40,000 nt of DNA from Peptostreptococcus sp. D1 (GTDB lineage Bacteria > Bacillota > Clostridia > Peptostreptococcales > Peptostreptococcaceae): NCBI RefSeq assembly GCF_900112955.1, contig NZ_FONP01000002.1, positions 192,582 through 232,581 on the forward strand, given 5' to 3'. The notes under the pieces are model-generated. The model was not told where the DNA came from. It searched no databases and was given only the letters and a program-made list of their open reading frames with translations. The position numbers were made by a program, and so were the translations under genes. Shown piece after piece: positions 1 through 7,848 of this stretch; the first letter of the stretch is position 1, and the number at the start of each line of letters is the position of its first letter.

Positions 1-447
1 CCAAAGTGAGATAATTTCTTCTTTACAATTTTCCAGTTCTTCAACCAGTGCCTTTACTTCACCTATCCTATCAATATCTTTCTTTACTGTATCCAGTTTT
101 TCATTCATGGAAAGAATTTCTTTATACATGGCACTTAGTACATCTACTACCAACACTCTAAATTCTTTTTGCTTTTCTTCTTCCGTTTTTGATTCGTATT
201 CTAAATACTCATCTTCTAAACTATATATCTCTTCTTTTCTTTCATCATCATTTTCTGTATCAAATTCGTCTTTATCAAAAGACTCTTCTATCTCACCAAA
301 ATCAAAGTCAAAGTCATCTTCCTTAAAATCAGATAATTTTTTCGTTTTCTTTTTCAGTAGTACTGCTATCATCGTCCCGATAGAAAGAACTGAACCTACT
401 CCTATCAAAATTCCCGTTTTCTTATTCATTTTATTTATTTTCTTCAT
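1..447 (-). CDS. Membrane-anchored acidic coiled-coil protein of the transfer module (first 149 codons; the ORF runs off the window start)
   Basis: My own minus-strand translation. GGAGG (453-457) lies 5 nt before the ATG at 447. MKKINKMNKKTGILIGVGSVLSIGTMIAVLL gives one TM helix, followed by D/E-rich and heptad-like sequence. The frame is open down to nt 1. It is absent from the ORF track because no stop falls in the window. Confidence 0.6.
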   Translation of the reverse strand, partial: MKKINKMNKKTGILIGVGSVLSIGTMIAVLLKKKTKKLSDFKEDDFDFDFGEIEESFDKDEFDTENDDERKEEIYSLEDEYLEYESKTEEEKQKEFRVLVVDVLSAMYKEILSMNEKLDTVKKDIDRIGEVKALVEELENCKEEIISLW

Positions 448-496
448 ATTTACCTCCAATAATTGTATCCATCTTCTTTTTCCAATTTTCTAATCA

Positions 497-521
497 ACTT
501 TTGTTCAAAATGAGCAAAAGT
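497..521. repeat. 25-bp imperfect palindrome, copy 1 of 4 (consensus ACTTYTGYTCA-N3-TGARCARAAGT)
   Basis: acttttgttcaaaatgagcaaaagt, in the gap between the stop of 525..1388 and the next start at 447. Confidence 0.8.
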
Positions 522-524
522 CCT

Positions 525-1388
525 TTAATGGCTGTTTAAAATCGCCTTTGCGATACTTCCGGATTTCATCATCATGACTCCTAAAATCAATCCATATGCA
601 AGCACCTGTAAAATACTTGTATGAATATCCGTAAAATTTACAGTTTTGACCAAGACTGCATAAATTCCAAAAAATATCAGGATAAAAAGTCCCTGAAGTC
701 CCAGTGCAAACAAACTTTTTATATAGTTTGTTCCGATACTTCCCCATTCTTTATTTCCCATGGTAGAAAATGGAATTGCTGCAATCGAACAGTAAATATA
801 TATTTCAATCATTCTTCCATATAGGATTACAGTGATTAAGATGGATAGAATCGTTAAAGAAAATTTAACCAATCCCGTCTCAAGTGCAATCCCGATAAGT
901 GTTCCAAGTTCCTTTGTTTTAAGGGCTTCTACCATAGCATCAAAATTACCGGCAGTTATATTTGCACTTGTCCCCACAACACCTGCCGCCTTTGATATCA
1001 TGAACTGTGCAACATCAAAGACCGCCATTGAAAAATCAAAAGCATGAGACACAAGCCATACGGCAATCCACATTTTGATGATGTATTTAAAAAATTCAAA
1101 GGTATCCGTGTCTTGCATGGAATTTTTCCTCATCACCACTTGAATCAGCTCTACGCAAAGTATTGCGGTTAAAATTATTGCTGCTATGGGCAAAACAACA
1201 TTGGTATTGATTGATTTGATAAAGGCAAAGACCTCCGAGTTCCAAGAACTCGGAGTCTTTCCCACTTCTCCTGCAACGGTTCCCACTTTATCGTTAATAT
1301 CTACAAGCATTGCAGAAAGATTATCTTTAATAATATCAATCATAATCTCCTTGAAAAACTCATTTATCTTTCCAAATAAATCAAACAT
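525..1388 (-). CDS. VirB6/TrbL-like polytopic membrane protein (conjugal transfer)
   Basis: 287-aa ORF with about six hydrophobic helices (e.g. VVLPIAAIILTAILCVELIQVV, LGLQGLFILIFFGIYAVLV). It lies directly downstream of Maff2, as in Firmicutes ICE T4SS modules. The family name is from memory, not searched. Confidence 0.7.
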   Translation of the reverse strand: MFDLFGKINEFFKEIMIDIIKDNLSAMLVDINDKVGTVAGEVGKTPSSWNSEVFAFIKSINTNVVLPIAAIILTAILCVELIQVVMRKNSMQDTDTFEFFKYIIKMWIAVWLVSHAFDFSMAVFDVAQFMISKAAGVVGTSANITAGNFDAMVEALKTKELGTLIGIALETGLVKFSLTILSILITVILYGRMIEIYIYCSIAAIPFSTMGNKEWGSIGTNYIKSLFALGLQGLFILIFFGIYAVLVKTVNFTDIHTSILQVLAYGLILGVMMMKSGSIAKAILNSH

Positions 1389-1389
1389 C

Positions 1390-1605
1390 TTACTTTAATA
1401 CATTCGCAAGTAGCGGAATCAGTTTTAGCCCTATCAAAACAATTCCTCCACCGCTCATGAGTTGTTTTATGCCTTGTGATTTGGCTCCGGGATTATCTGA
1501 TCCATATCCTTCAAGCAAGTTGATAACTCCCCATGCACCAAGTCCCGCACCGATTGCCATAACTAAAATTTTAAGCACATTTACTGCTTGTACAAAAAAA
1601 TCCAT
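1390..1605 (-). CDS. Maff2-family small membrane protein
   Basis: 71 aa. AIGAGLGAWGVINLLEGYGSDNPGAKSQGIKQLMSGGGIVLIG matches the Maff2 pattern I recall. GGAGGA lies 7 nt upstream of the ATG. Confidence 0.85.
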   Translation of the reverse strand: MDFFVQAVNVLKILVMAIGAGLGAWGVINLLEGYGSDNPGAKSQGIKQLMSGGGIVLIGLKLIPLLANVLK

Positions 1606-1608
1606 AAT

Positions 1609-1950
1609 TTATTCCTCCTCATTTTCCTGTTCTTTTTTATTGTTTGTTTCTTTATCAATTTTATTGACATGCTTTACAATAAAGTTTCTGTAGGTTTTAT
1701 CCCCTTTTTCTACTTCCTTGTAGTATCCAAATACATGAATAAAATCTCCCTTTTCAAAATCTTTTACAAGTTCAGTCTTTTCACCGTAGACATTACAATT
1801 TATATACTCTTTCTTTTTTTCTCCCGTCTTTCCCATTTTTCTAAAGAGTGTAAAATTCGCTACTGTAACTTCTCCCTCTTTTCCCTGAATGGTTTTTATT
1901 TCTACATTACCTATTAAGTTTCCGTTGATATTTAGCATTTCTTTTTGCAT
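1609..1950 (-). CDS. ssb: Single-stranded DNA-binding (OB-fold) protein, ICE type
   Basis: SSB-like OB-fold sequence (NLIGNVEIK..VANFTL..YINCNVYGEKTELV..KGDFIHVFGYY) with an acidic tail ENEEE. GGAGG lies 6 nt before the ATG at 1950; the track ORF starts two codons earlier at 1956. Confidence 0.75.
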   Translation of the reverse strand: MQKEMLNINGNLIGNVEIKTIQGKEGEVTVANFTLFRKMGKTGEKKKEYINCNVYGEKTELVKDFEKGDFIHVFGYYKEVEKGDKTYRNFIVKHVNKIDKETNNKKEQENEEE

Positions 1951-2066
1951 ATACATCCTCCATTTTCATTTCTTTTGATTGAATCAAAAAAAGACCACAA
2001 CTTTTCTATTTTGTCATGGTCTTATCTATATTTTTTCATATTAAATTTTATCTTTTGTTTATTCTA

Positions 2067-2091
2067 ACTTCTGTTCATTTTGAGCAGAAGT
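2067..2091. repeat. 25-bp imperfect palindrome, copy 2 of 4 (arms extend to 2062..2096)
   Basis: acttctgttcattttgagcagaagt. It lies inside the last 11 codons of the MTase (LTSAQNEQKLE). Confidence 0.8.
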
Positions 2092-2324
2092 TAGAAATTC
2101 ATCTTTTATTCCTGCCATAATATACTCCACGCAGGGCAGTGCTATCGCATTTCCAAGTGCTTTATATCTTGCACTGTCAAGTATGATATTTCCATCTACC
2201 CCATACTTTGTATAGTTATCAGGTAGTCCCATCAGTCTTTCACATTCTATCGGCGTTAAATATCTAATAAATCCCTCCTCTTCTTTTCCGTCCTCCCAAT
2301 ACGCAAACATTGTAGGATTTGATG

Positions 2325-2825
2325 CTAATAGGGCCTAAAAAGGCTCATTTGGCTTTCCGAAGCTGTTTCTAAAAAGAGTTTTATTTCTTCTTTTTGCTCC
2401 TCCTCGCATTTTTCTATCTTGAAAGGGTCTGATGTTTGGTATTTTCCTCCCTGCTTTATCAGAATGCCTTCGATTGGACTTGGTATCCTTATCTTCGATG
2501 CTTCTGATAATCTCAGTATTTTCGAGCAGGTTTTCGGGCTTATATAATATTTTGTGGGAACGAAATCCTCCAAAATCGCAGACAATAAATATTCTCTTTC
2601 TTCTTTGTAAGAGCTTAGGCTCTCCGAAATATTGGGCGTCCAAGACTCTCCAAGAAAACTCAAATTCTCTCCCTCGCACCACTCCTGCATTTGCCCATTT
2701 AGACTCAGGCATTGGAAGGCAGGTGCTACTGAAGGATTCGAGGACGGTTCTAAAATCCAACCTATCTCCCGATACAAAAGCTCCCATGACGTTCTCCCAA
2801 ATAGCGAAAGTTGGATACTCCCCAT
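2325..2825 (-). CDS. 166-codon ORF overlapping the MTase in a different frame on the same strand (possible overlapping gene; uncertain)
   Basis: Open for 501 nt in AT-rich DNA. GAGGTG (2834-2839) lies 8 nt upstream of its ATG. The product contains LGESWTPNISES...LLSAILEDFVPTKYYISPKTCSKILRLSEASKIRIPSPIEGIL. Confidence 0.3.
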   Translation of the reverse strand: MGSIQLSLFGRTSWELLYREIGWILEPSSNPSVAPAFQCLSLNGQMQEWCEGENLSFLGESWTPNISESLSSYKEEREYLLSAILEDFVPTKYYISPKTCSKILRLSEASKIRIPSPIEGILIKQGGKYQTSDPFKIEKCEEEQKEEIKLFLETASESQMSLFRPY

Positions 2826-3206
2826 TTGTTACACACCTCATTTCTTTAATCAATCGTATCGCTTGATAAAAAAGAGATGATTTTTCTCCACGAAGTCCTG
2901 TTAAATCTCCCGCTTTTGAAAAATTTTGACAAGGAGAACCGAATGTGATGATATCCACCGGTTTTATATCTTTTGCCTTTAATTCGGTTATGTCTCCTAA
3001 ATGCTCTACATCAGGAAAATGTCTTTTGGATATAGATATTGCATTTTTATCAATTTCGCTTGCCCATACCGTTTTTATCCCTACTTTTCTTGCCGCTAAA
3101 GGAAATACTCCTATTCCATCAAATAAACTTCCAAGTGTTATTTCTTTTAACTTACATCACCTCTTTTCTATTTTCATAATATCCTTATATATGCTCCCTT
3201 TTTCTA

Positions 3207-3231
3207 ACTTCTGCTCATTATGAGCAAAAGT
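3207..3231. repeat. 25-bp imperfect palindrome, copy 3 of 4
   Basis: acttctgctcattatgagcaaaagt, upstream of the MTase. Its left flank ttctaa is identical to that of copy 2. Confidence 0.8.
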
Positions 3232-3317
3232 CGGAGGACTTCTTCCTTTTGCCTTCATTTCATCATTCCTCCCTTGCTCTTAGCATAAAAAACAAGATTT
3301 GTATTTATCTTAGGTCC

Positions 3318-3467
3318 TTACTTTTGACCGATATACATTTTGCGAATTTCTTCCTTCTTTTTTAGATGTTTTAACTTTTGATTTAACAACCTAATCCTAT
3401 TTTTTATCTGTTGCAATTTCTTTTGTTCTTTTTCAATTCGTATTTCTGTTCTTTCAAGCTCAGTCAT
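3318..3467 (-). CDS. Small 49-aa coiled-coil protein (hypothetical)
   Basis: My own translation: MTELERTEIRIEKEQKKLQQIKNRIRLLNQKLKHLKKKEEIRKMYIGQK, with a weak AAGGAA upstream. It fills the TraG-MTase gap and is below the length cutoff of the ORF track. Confidence 0.4.
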   Translation of the reverse strand: MTELERTEIRIEKEQKKLQQIKNRIRLLNQKLKHLKKKEEIRKMYIGQK

Positions 3468-3504
3468 TCTTAAATATTCCTTTCCAAAATTTAATCCAAT
3501 AGAT

Positions 3505-3529
3505 ACTTCTGCTCATTTTGAACAAAAGT
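3505..3529. repeat. 25-bp imperfect palindrome, copy 4 of 4
   Basis: acttctgctcattttgaacaaaagt, abutting the TraG stop codon (3529-3531). Confidence 0.8.
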
Positions 3530-5343
3530 TATCCCTCATCATAAATTTCCACTAAAGTTACTTGCATATTTTCTTTTAGATTAACTTTGTCTTTTCTCTT
3601 TAAATATTTTTCTATATCAAAGGTATTTTTCTTATTGTAATCGGAAAGCTGTTTGTAGTTCTTATGCTTGGTTATATCAAACTTATCACTGAAAAAAGGT
3701 CTTGCTCCTCTTATTTCCAAGATACACTTTCCTCCGTCCATCACTTTCAGTTCATCTCTGCTCATCAGTTCCTTTCCAAGCTTTTGATAGTTTAGTCCAA
3801 ACGATTTTTGATTTGATCTTGTTTCCGATGTGTTGTAAAGGTCTATGGTTTCTTTTCCCAAGTTTTCGGACAGCTCCTTGATAGTCGTTCCTTCTTTTCC
3901 GCCTAAAAATAGCTCGCTATCACAATTGCCTAGAATCGTGTCGGCATGGTCTTTATAGATTGCTTTTAATTGACTTTTTGCTTGAAGGATAATACTTGCC
4001 GATATTTCTCTGGAACGAATGGTTGCAATGAGTTTTTCGAACTTCGGTATTTGTCCAATATTGCTAAATTCATCAAGTAGACATCTCACATGAACAGGTA
4101 ATCTTCCACCATATACATCATCTGCCTTATCACATAAGAGATTAAATAGCTGAGTATACATCATTGCCACTACAAAGTTAAAGGTGTCATCGGTATCGGA
4201 TATGATAATAAAGAGGGCTGTCTTTTTATCCCCTATGGTGTCAAGTCCCATTTCATCATATTCCATAAGGTTTCTAAGTTCCTCTATATCAAATGCCGCA
4301 AGTCTTGCCCCACATGATATAAGAATCGACTTGGCAGTTTTTCCGGCGGCCAATTTGTATTTTCTATATTGCTTGACAGCAAAATGATTCGGCTTTTCTT
4401 TTTCAAGTGCATCAAAGATATAATCTACTGCATTTTTAAAGTTTTCATCTTCTTCTCTCACTTCGCTGGCATCAATAAAGGCAAGTAGACTTTCAAAATT
4501 TTGTTCTTCCTCCGGTGCTTCATAGTATAGATAGCCTATTAAGGCTGTATAATACAAGCGTTCCGCTTTACACCAAAAATCTTCCGTAGATTTTTCTCCT
4601 TCGCCTTTTGTATTTGCCATAATCGTCTGTACAAGTTTTAGTATGTCCTTTTCACTCCTTAGATAGGCAAAGGGATTATAGTGCATGGATTTTTTGAAAT
4701 TTATGGTGTTTAGCACTTTAATATCATATCCGTTTTTCTCTAGCATCTTTCCGCACTCAACAAGAACGGTACCTTTAGGATCGGTTACAACATAGGATGA
4801 GTGCATTTGCATCAAATTGGGCTTTAAGAAAAATCGGGTCTTTCCACTCCCGGATCCTCCTACTACAAGCACATTTTTATTACGAGCAAATTTAGGATTT
4901 TTAGGTCTTGAGTTCATTGTAAGGCTTTCCGTATTAGTTAAAAGTATGTTGTTTTCAAATTTTTCATCCAAATATGGCTCAATGTCTTTAGAACTTCCCC
5001 ATCTTGCTGAGCCATATTCTACTCCTTGGCGAAATTTTTTTGCATTTTTCTTTTTTTGATAAACAATAAGCCAAATAACTGCTGAAAAACAAATACCTGC
5101 AAATAAGTCATCTATATGAAATGATGGCAGATAAGACAGTGTTCCTATATCAGATAAAGCTACTATCATCTTATCTACATAATCACCACCTACATAACTG
5201 TTTATATGCTTTGAAAATATATTCGCCAGATAAAAGAAAAAGAGATAAGGTAAGTTTTTAATTACAAACTTTTTCTTATCTCTTATGTGAAATATATTTT
5301 TTATATCTTTTAGTATTTCTTTTACAATCTTCGTCTTTACCAC
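3529..5343 (-). CDS. Type IV coupling protein (VirD4/TraG family)
   Basis: 604 aa with N-terminal hydrophobic helices, Walker A VVGGSGSGKT and LLDEFSNIG (Walker B region). The GTG start at 5343 is uncertain because the SD sits directly against it. Confidence 0.9.
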   Translation of the reverse strand: MVKTKIVKEILKDIKNIFHIRDKKKFVIKNLPYLFFFYLANIFSKHINSYVGGDYVDKMIVALSDIGTLSYLPSFHIDDLFAGICFSAVIWLIVYQKKKNAKKFRQGVEYGSARWGSSKDIEPYLDEKFENNILLTNTESLTMNSRPKNPKFARNKNVLVVGGSGSGKTRFFLKPNLMQMHSSYVVTDPKGTVLVECGKMLEKNGYDIKVLNTINFKKSMHYNPFAYLRSEKDILKLVQTIMANTKGEGEKSTEDFWCKAERLYYTALIGYLYYEAPEEEQNFESLLAFIDASEVREEDENFKNAVDYIFDALEKEKPNHFAVKQYRKYKLAAGKTAKSILISCGARLAAFDIEELRNLMEYDEMGLDTIGDKKTALFIIISDTDDTFNFVVAMMYTQLFNLLCDKADDVYGGRLPVHVRCLLDEFSNIGQIPKFEKLIATIRSREISASIILQAKSQLKAIYKDHADTILGNCDSELFLGGKEGTTIKELSENLGKETIDLYNTSETRSNQKSFGLNYQKLGKELMSRDELKVMDGGKCILEIRGARPFFSDKFDITKHKNYKQLSDYNKKNTFDIEKYLKRKDKVNLKENMQVTLVEIYDEG

Positions 5344-5349
5344 TCCTTC

Positions 5350-5835
5350 CTACAAACTCTGCTCCTTATGTTTTTCTTTGATTTTATCTTTTTGATGTGT
5401 ATTTTTAACTTTTTCTCTAAAATGATTTAACTTATCTATTACAGATTCTTTCTTTTTATCTTTCCCTGCAAATTTTGCAACCGCTTCTTTAAATGCCTGT
5501 TCCATTACCTTTTCATCTTTTGCCTGAAAGAAAATTATATTGTTTCCCGTAGTGAGATCTTTTTTGATACTGAATTTCACGCCATTTTTATTTAGTTCTC
5601 TTTTTAGGTTTTTTAAGTCCACATCATTTAATTCTAAGGTTTCCACTTTGCCTTTTTTTACTAAATCTTTTACTGTAGTAGGCTTTTGTTTGCCGATGAA
5701 ATCCTTTAATCCGTTTTTCTCTTTTTCTGCCTTGTTAAGTATCATTTTCATCAGTTTTACAACTTCTCTTGCCGTTAGATGAATTGCCCTTTTTTTTACC
5801 GCAATCACTTGTCTTGTTACTTCTTCATTGATCAA
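5350..5835 (-). CDS. PcfB/DUF3801-like conjugation protein
   Basis: 161 aa, lysine-rich. It lies immediately upstream of the coupling protein, as PcfB does in Firmicutes ICEs. TTG start after GGTGAT. The family call is from memory. Confidence 0.6.
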   Translation of the reverse strand: MINEEVTRQVIAVKKRAIHLTAREVVKLMKMILNKAEKEKNGLKDFIGKQKPTTVKDLVKKGKVETLELNDVDLKNLKRELNKNGVKFSIKKDLTTGNNIIFFQAKDEKVMEQAFKEAVAKFAGKDKKKESVIDKLNHFREKVKNTHQKDKIKEKHKEQSL

Positions 5836-5839
5836 TATA

Positions 5840-6694
5840 TCACCTACTTTCCATCAAAATTAAATTAGCTGTCATTGCCTTTTCCCTCATGGTTTTTATT
5901 CTATGATTTTCCCCATTGAAGATAATAGGTGTTGCCATTTCGAGAAGTCTGGAATAGATTCTCTTTTCTTTTAAATCTGTTGTGTTCATCAGATGAGAGA
6001 TTGATAAATTTGTTGTAACAATAATAGGCTTATTTGCCCTATATCTGCTGTCTATGATGTTAAAGATATGTTCTAGGGCAAAAGATGTATCTCTTTGTAT
6101 TCCAAAATCATCTATAATCAAAAGTCTATTACTGTTTAGATTTTTGATATACATATTTTTATCTATCTGTAGATTCATCATATCGTTTAATATCACTCCG
6201 AAGTTTGTCATTCTAACAGAGATTCCTTTTTCTATCAGGGCATTTGCAATAGAGGATGCCAAATATGTTTTTCCGGTTCCTACCGCCCCTGTCAATATAA
6301 GTCCTATATTTTCTTTTTCCATATCCTCAAAATGCTTTACATAATTTAAGCCTGCCTGTTTATGCTCCAAACTTCCATCTTCTTGTTCAAAAGTTTGTTT
6401 ATACATAAGATCATCATCAAATGCCATACTTTTGAGTCTATTTATACGCATACTATGTTCAAATTCTTCCATTTCTTTTCGTTCTTTTTCCATCTCTTTG
6501 CTTCTACAATCACAATTTTTAGGTATTTTTCTTAAGACACCACCGACATTTGCCATCTGTTGCTTGGCTGTATGGCATTTTCCACAATAGACAAGTCCAT
6601 CTTCACTATTTACATAATCTCCATTTTCCTCATTTAGCATATTCTTTTCCATATTTTCAAATACCTTATCGAAAAGTTCTCTTGTAGTTTCCAT
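5840..6694 (-). CDS. DnaC/IstB-like AAA+ ATPase with an N-terminal Cys4 ribbon
   Basis: Walker A GAVGTGKT, Walker B LLIIDDFG, and CGKCH..CDC near the N-terminus. GAGAGGA SD. Confidence 0.85.
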   Translation of the reverse strand: METTRELFDKVFENMEKNMLNEENGDYVNSEDGLVYCGKCHTAKQQMANVGGVLRKIPKNCDCRSKEMEKERKEMEEFEHSMRINRLKSMAFDDDLMYKQTFEQEDGSLEHKQAGLNYVKHFEDMEKENIGLILTGAVGTGKTYLASSIANALIEKGISVRMTNFGVILNDMMNLQIDKNMYIKNLNSNRLLIIDDFGIQRDTSFALEHIFNIIDSRYRANKPIIVTTNLSISHLMNTTDLKEKRIYSRLLEMATPIIFNGENHRIKTMREKAMTANLILMESR

Positions 6695-6739
6695 TCTCGA
6701 TCCTCTCTTTCACTAAATTTTATTTTTTAAGCCTTTCAA

Positions 6740-7750
6740 TCATTTTCCCTTTAAAAAATCTTGCCATATTCTTTCATCATCAGCATAATTCTCCAGATTT
6801 CCTGTGTTTGTTGACTGTTTATTGTAATAAATAATGTTTATAGGAGCATTGTAGATAATAGATAGTAGATATGCTCTAAAATGTGTAATCTTAGATGTAT
6901 TTTCTTTTAGAACTAACAATATATACTCTATATGCTCTTTTTTGATTTCTAATAACCTTCCCCTAATTTTTTCATAACTTATCCAAGTCTGATTTATTTT
7001 CAAATCTCTTTTACCTTCAACTGCATCCACCATAATTTCTACGACAAAATCTATATTTTCTTTTGTAGGGCTATCTCTATCCATAAAATCTAAATATGAA
7101 ATATTTTGCTTGATTATTTTTTCTACTTGACCTCCTTCCTCTTTTTTCAATTTTCTCTTACATCCTGTTTTATCTATGGAGGTGGTCTTACTAATATCAG
7201 GTTCACTCTTTTTAGTTTTATTTATATTAGTCTTATTACAGTTTGTTTTTGAAACTTCTTGAGGTTTGTTTTCTAAATTTCTTGAAGTTTGTTTTTCAAA
7301 CTTCTGTAAGTTTACTTTTGAAACTTCTTGAAATTTAACATTTAAACTTCTATCTTCACTAGTTTCTTCTTCTGCTGTCCTATTTTCTTCTTTTGTTTCT
7401 ACAAGAAAACTTTTGACATAGATTATGTTCGGTTTTCCAAGCCCTCTTCTTTTCTTTTCTATCAGTCCGAAATCTTGTATTTCTTTCATAATATTGATTG
7501 CCTTGTTTCTGCCTATATTCATAGTTTCTTCTATTTCATCTATGGTAAATATGATGAATACTTTATTTTCTTCATCTAACCACCCATTTTTCATAGATAA
7601 GCTCATTCTATCGAGCAAAATAGCATACAAAACTTTTGCATCGCTACTTAATGTTTTAAAAATGCTGTCTGTATATAAAATTTTAGGTATTTTAAAGAAG
7701 GAGTATTGATCTGCTTCTTTTCCGTAATAATAGCTAAATTTAATATTCAT
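6740..7750 (-). CDS. Replication initiator (RepA_N-type N-terminal domain)
   Basis: 336 aa. YSFFKIPKILYTD...LSSDAKVLYAILLDRMSLS...GWLDEENKVFIIFTIDEI matches the RepA_N pattern of Firmicutes plasmids/ICEs. GGAGGA SD. Confidence 0.75.
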   Translation of the reverse strand: MNIKFSYYYGKEADQYSFFKIPKILYTDSIFKTLSSDAKVLYAILLDRMSLSMKNGWLDEENKVFIIFTIDEIEETMNIGRNKAINIMKEIQDFGLIEKKRRGLGKPNIIYVKSFLVETKEENRTAEEETSEDRSLNVKFQEVSKVNLQKFEKQTSRNLENKPQEVSKTNCNKTNINKTKKSEPDISKTTSIDKTGCKRKLKKEEGGQVEKIIKQNISYLDFMDRDSPTKENIDFVVEIMVDAVEGKRDLKINQTWISYEKIRGRLLEIKKEHIEYILLVLKENTSKITHFRAYLLSIIYNAPINIIYYNKQSTNTGNLENYADDERIWQDFLKGK

Positions 7751-7785
7751 AACTTCCTCCTTCCTGTATTTTTATTTGTTTTAGC

Positions 7786-7820
7786 AACAAAAAAAGAGAT
7801 AACTTCTTTGCTATCTCTTT
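7786..7820 (-). terminator. Rho-independent terminator after the Bro/DinD-like gene
   Basis: 9-bp stem AAAGAGATA/TATCTCTTT (7793-7801 / 7812-7820) with a 10-nt loop, followed by a U-run on the minus strand. Confidence 0.7.
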
Positions 7821-7848
7821 GAAAATATCTTAATTTTAGTTGTTATCT

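Larger units (their letters stand above)
2059..3150 (-). pseudogene. DNA (cytosine-5) methyltransferase with no canonical start codon and an internal in-frame TAG
   Basis: All motifs occur in one frame: LFDGIGVFPL (I), GSPCQ (IV), ENV (VI), QRRKRIFIVCDFGG (VIII), RYLTPIECERLMGLPDNYT (IX), GNAIALP (X). The expected start position, 7 nt after GAGGTG, is TTA (3148-3150). An in-frame TAG sits at 2335-2337. Confidence 0.6.

Noticed and set aside
505-747. The 80-aa minus-strand ORF overlapping the 3' part of the VirB6-like gene
   Set aside because: It is an alternative frame inside a longer, coherent membrane-protein ORF. It has no SD and a C/Y/F-rich junk-like sequence.
2335-3159. Stop-codon recoding (TGA as Trp/Gly, or TAG as pyrrolysine) to rescue the methyltransferase
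   Set aside because: Neighbouring genes terminate cleanly at TGA (5840) and TAG (5350, 28814) with correctly placed downstream starts. The standard code therefore applies, and no pyl genes are seen.
497-3529. The 25-bp palindromes as Rho-independent terminators or integron attC sites
   Set aside because: No U-run follows any copy on the coding strand. They are far shorter than attC sites, and no integron integrase is present.
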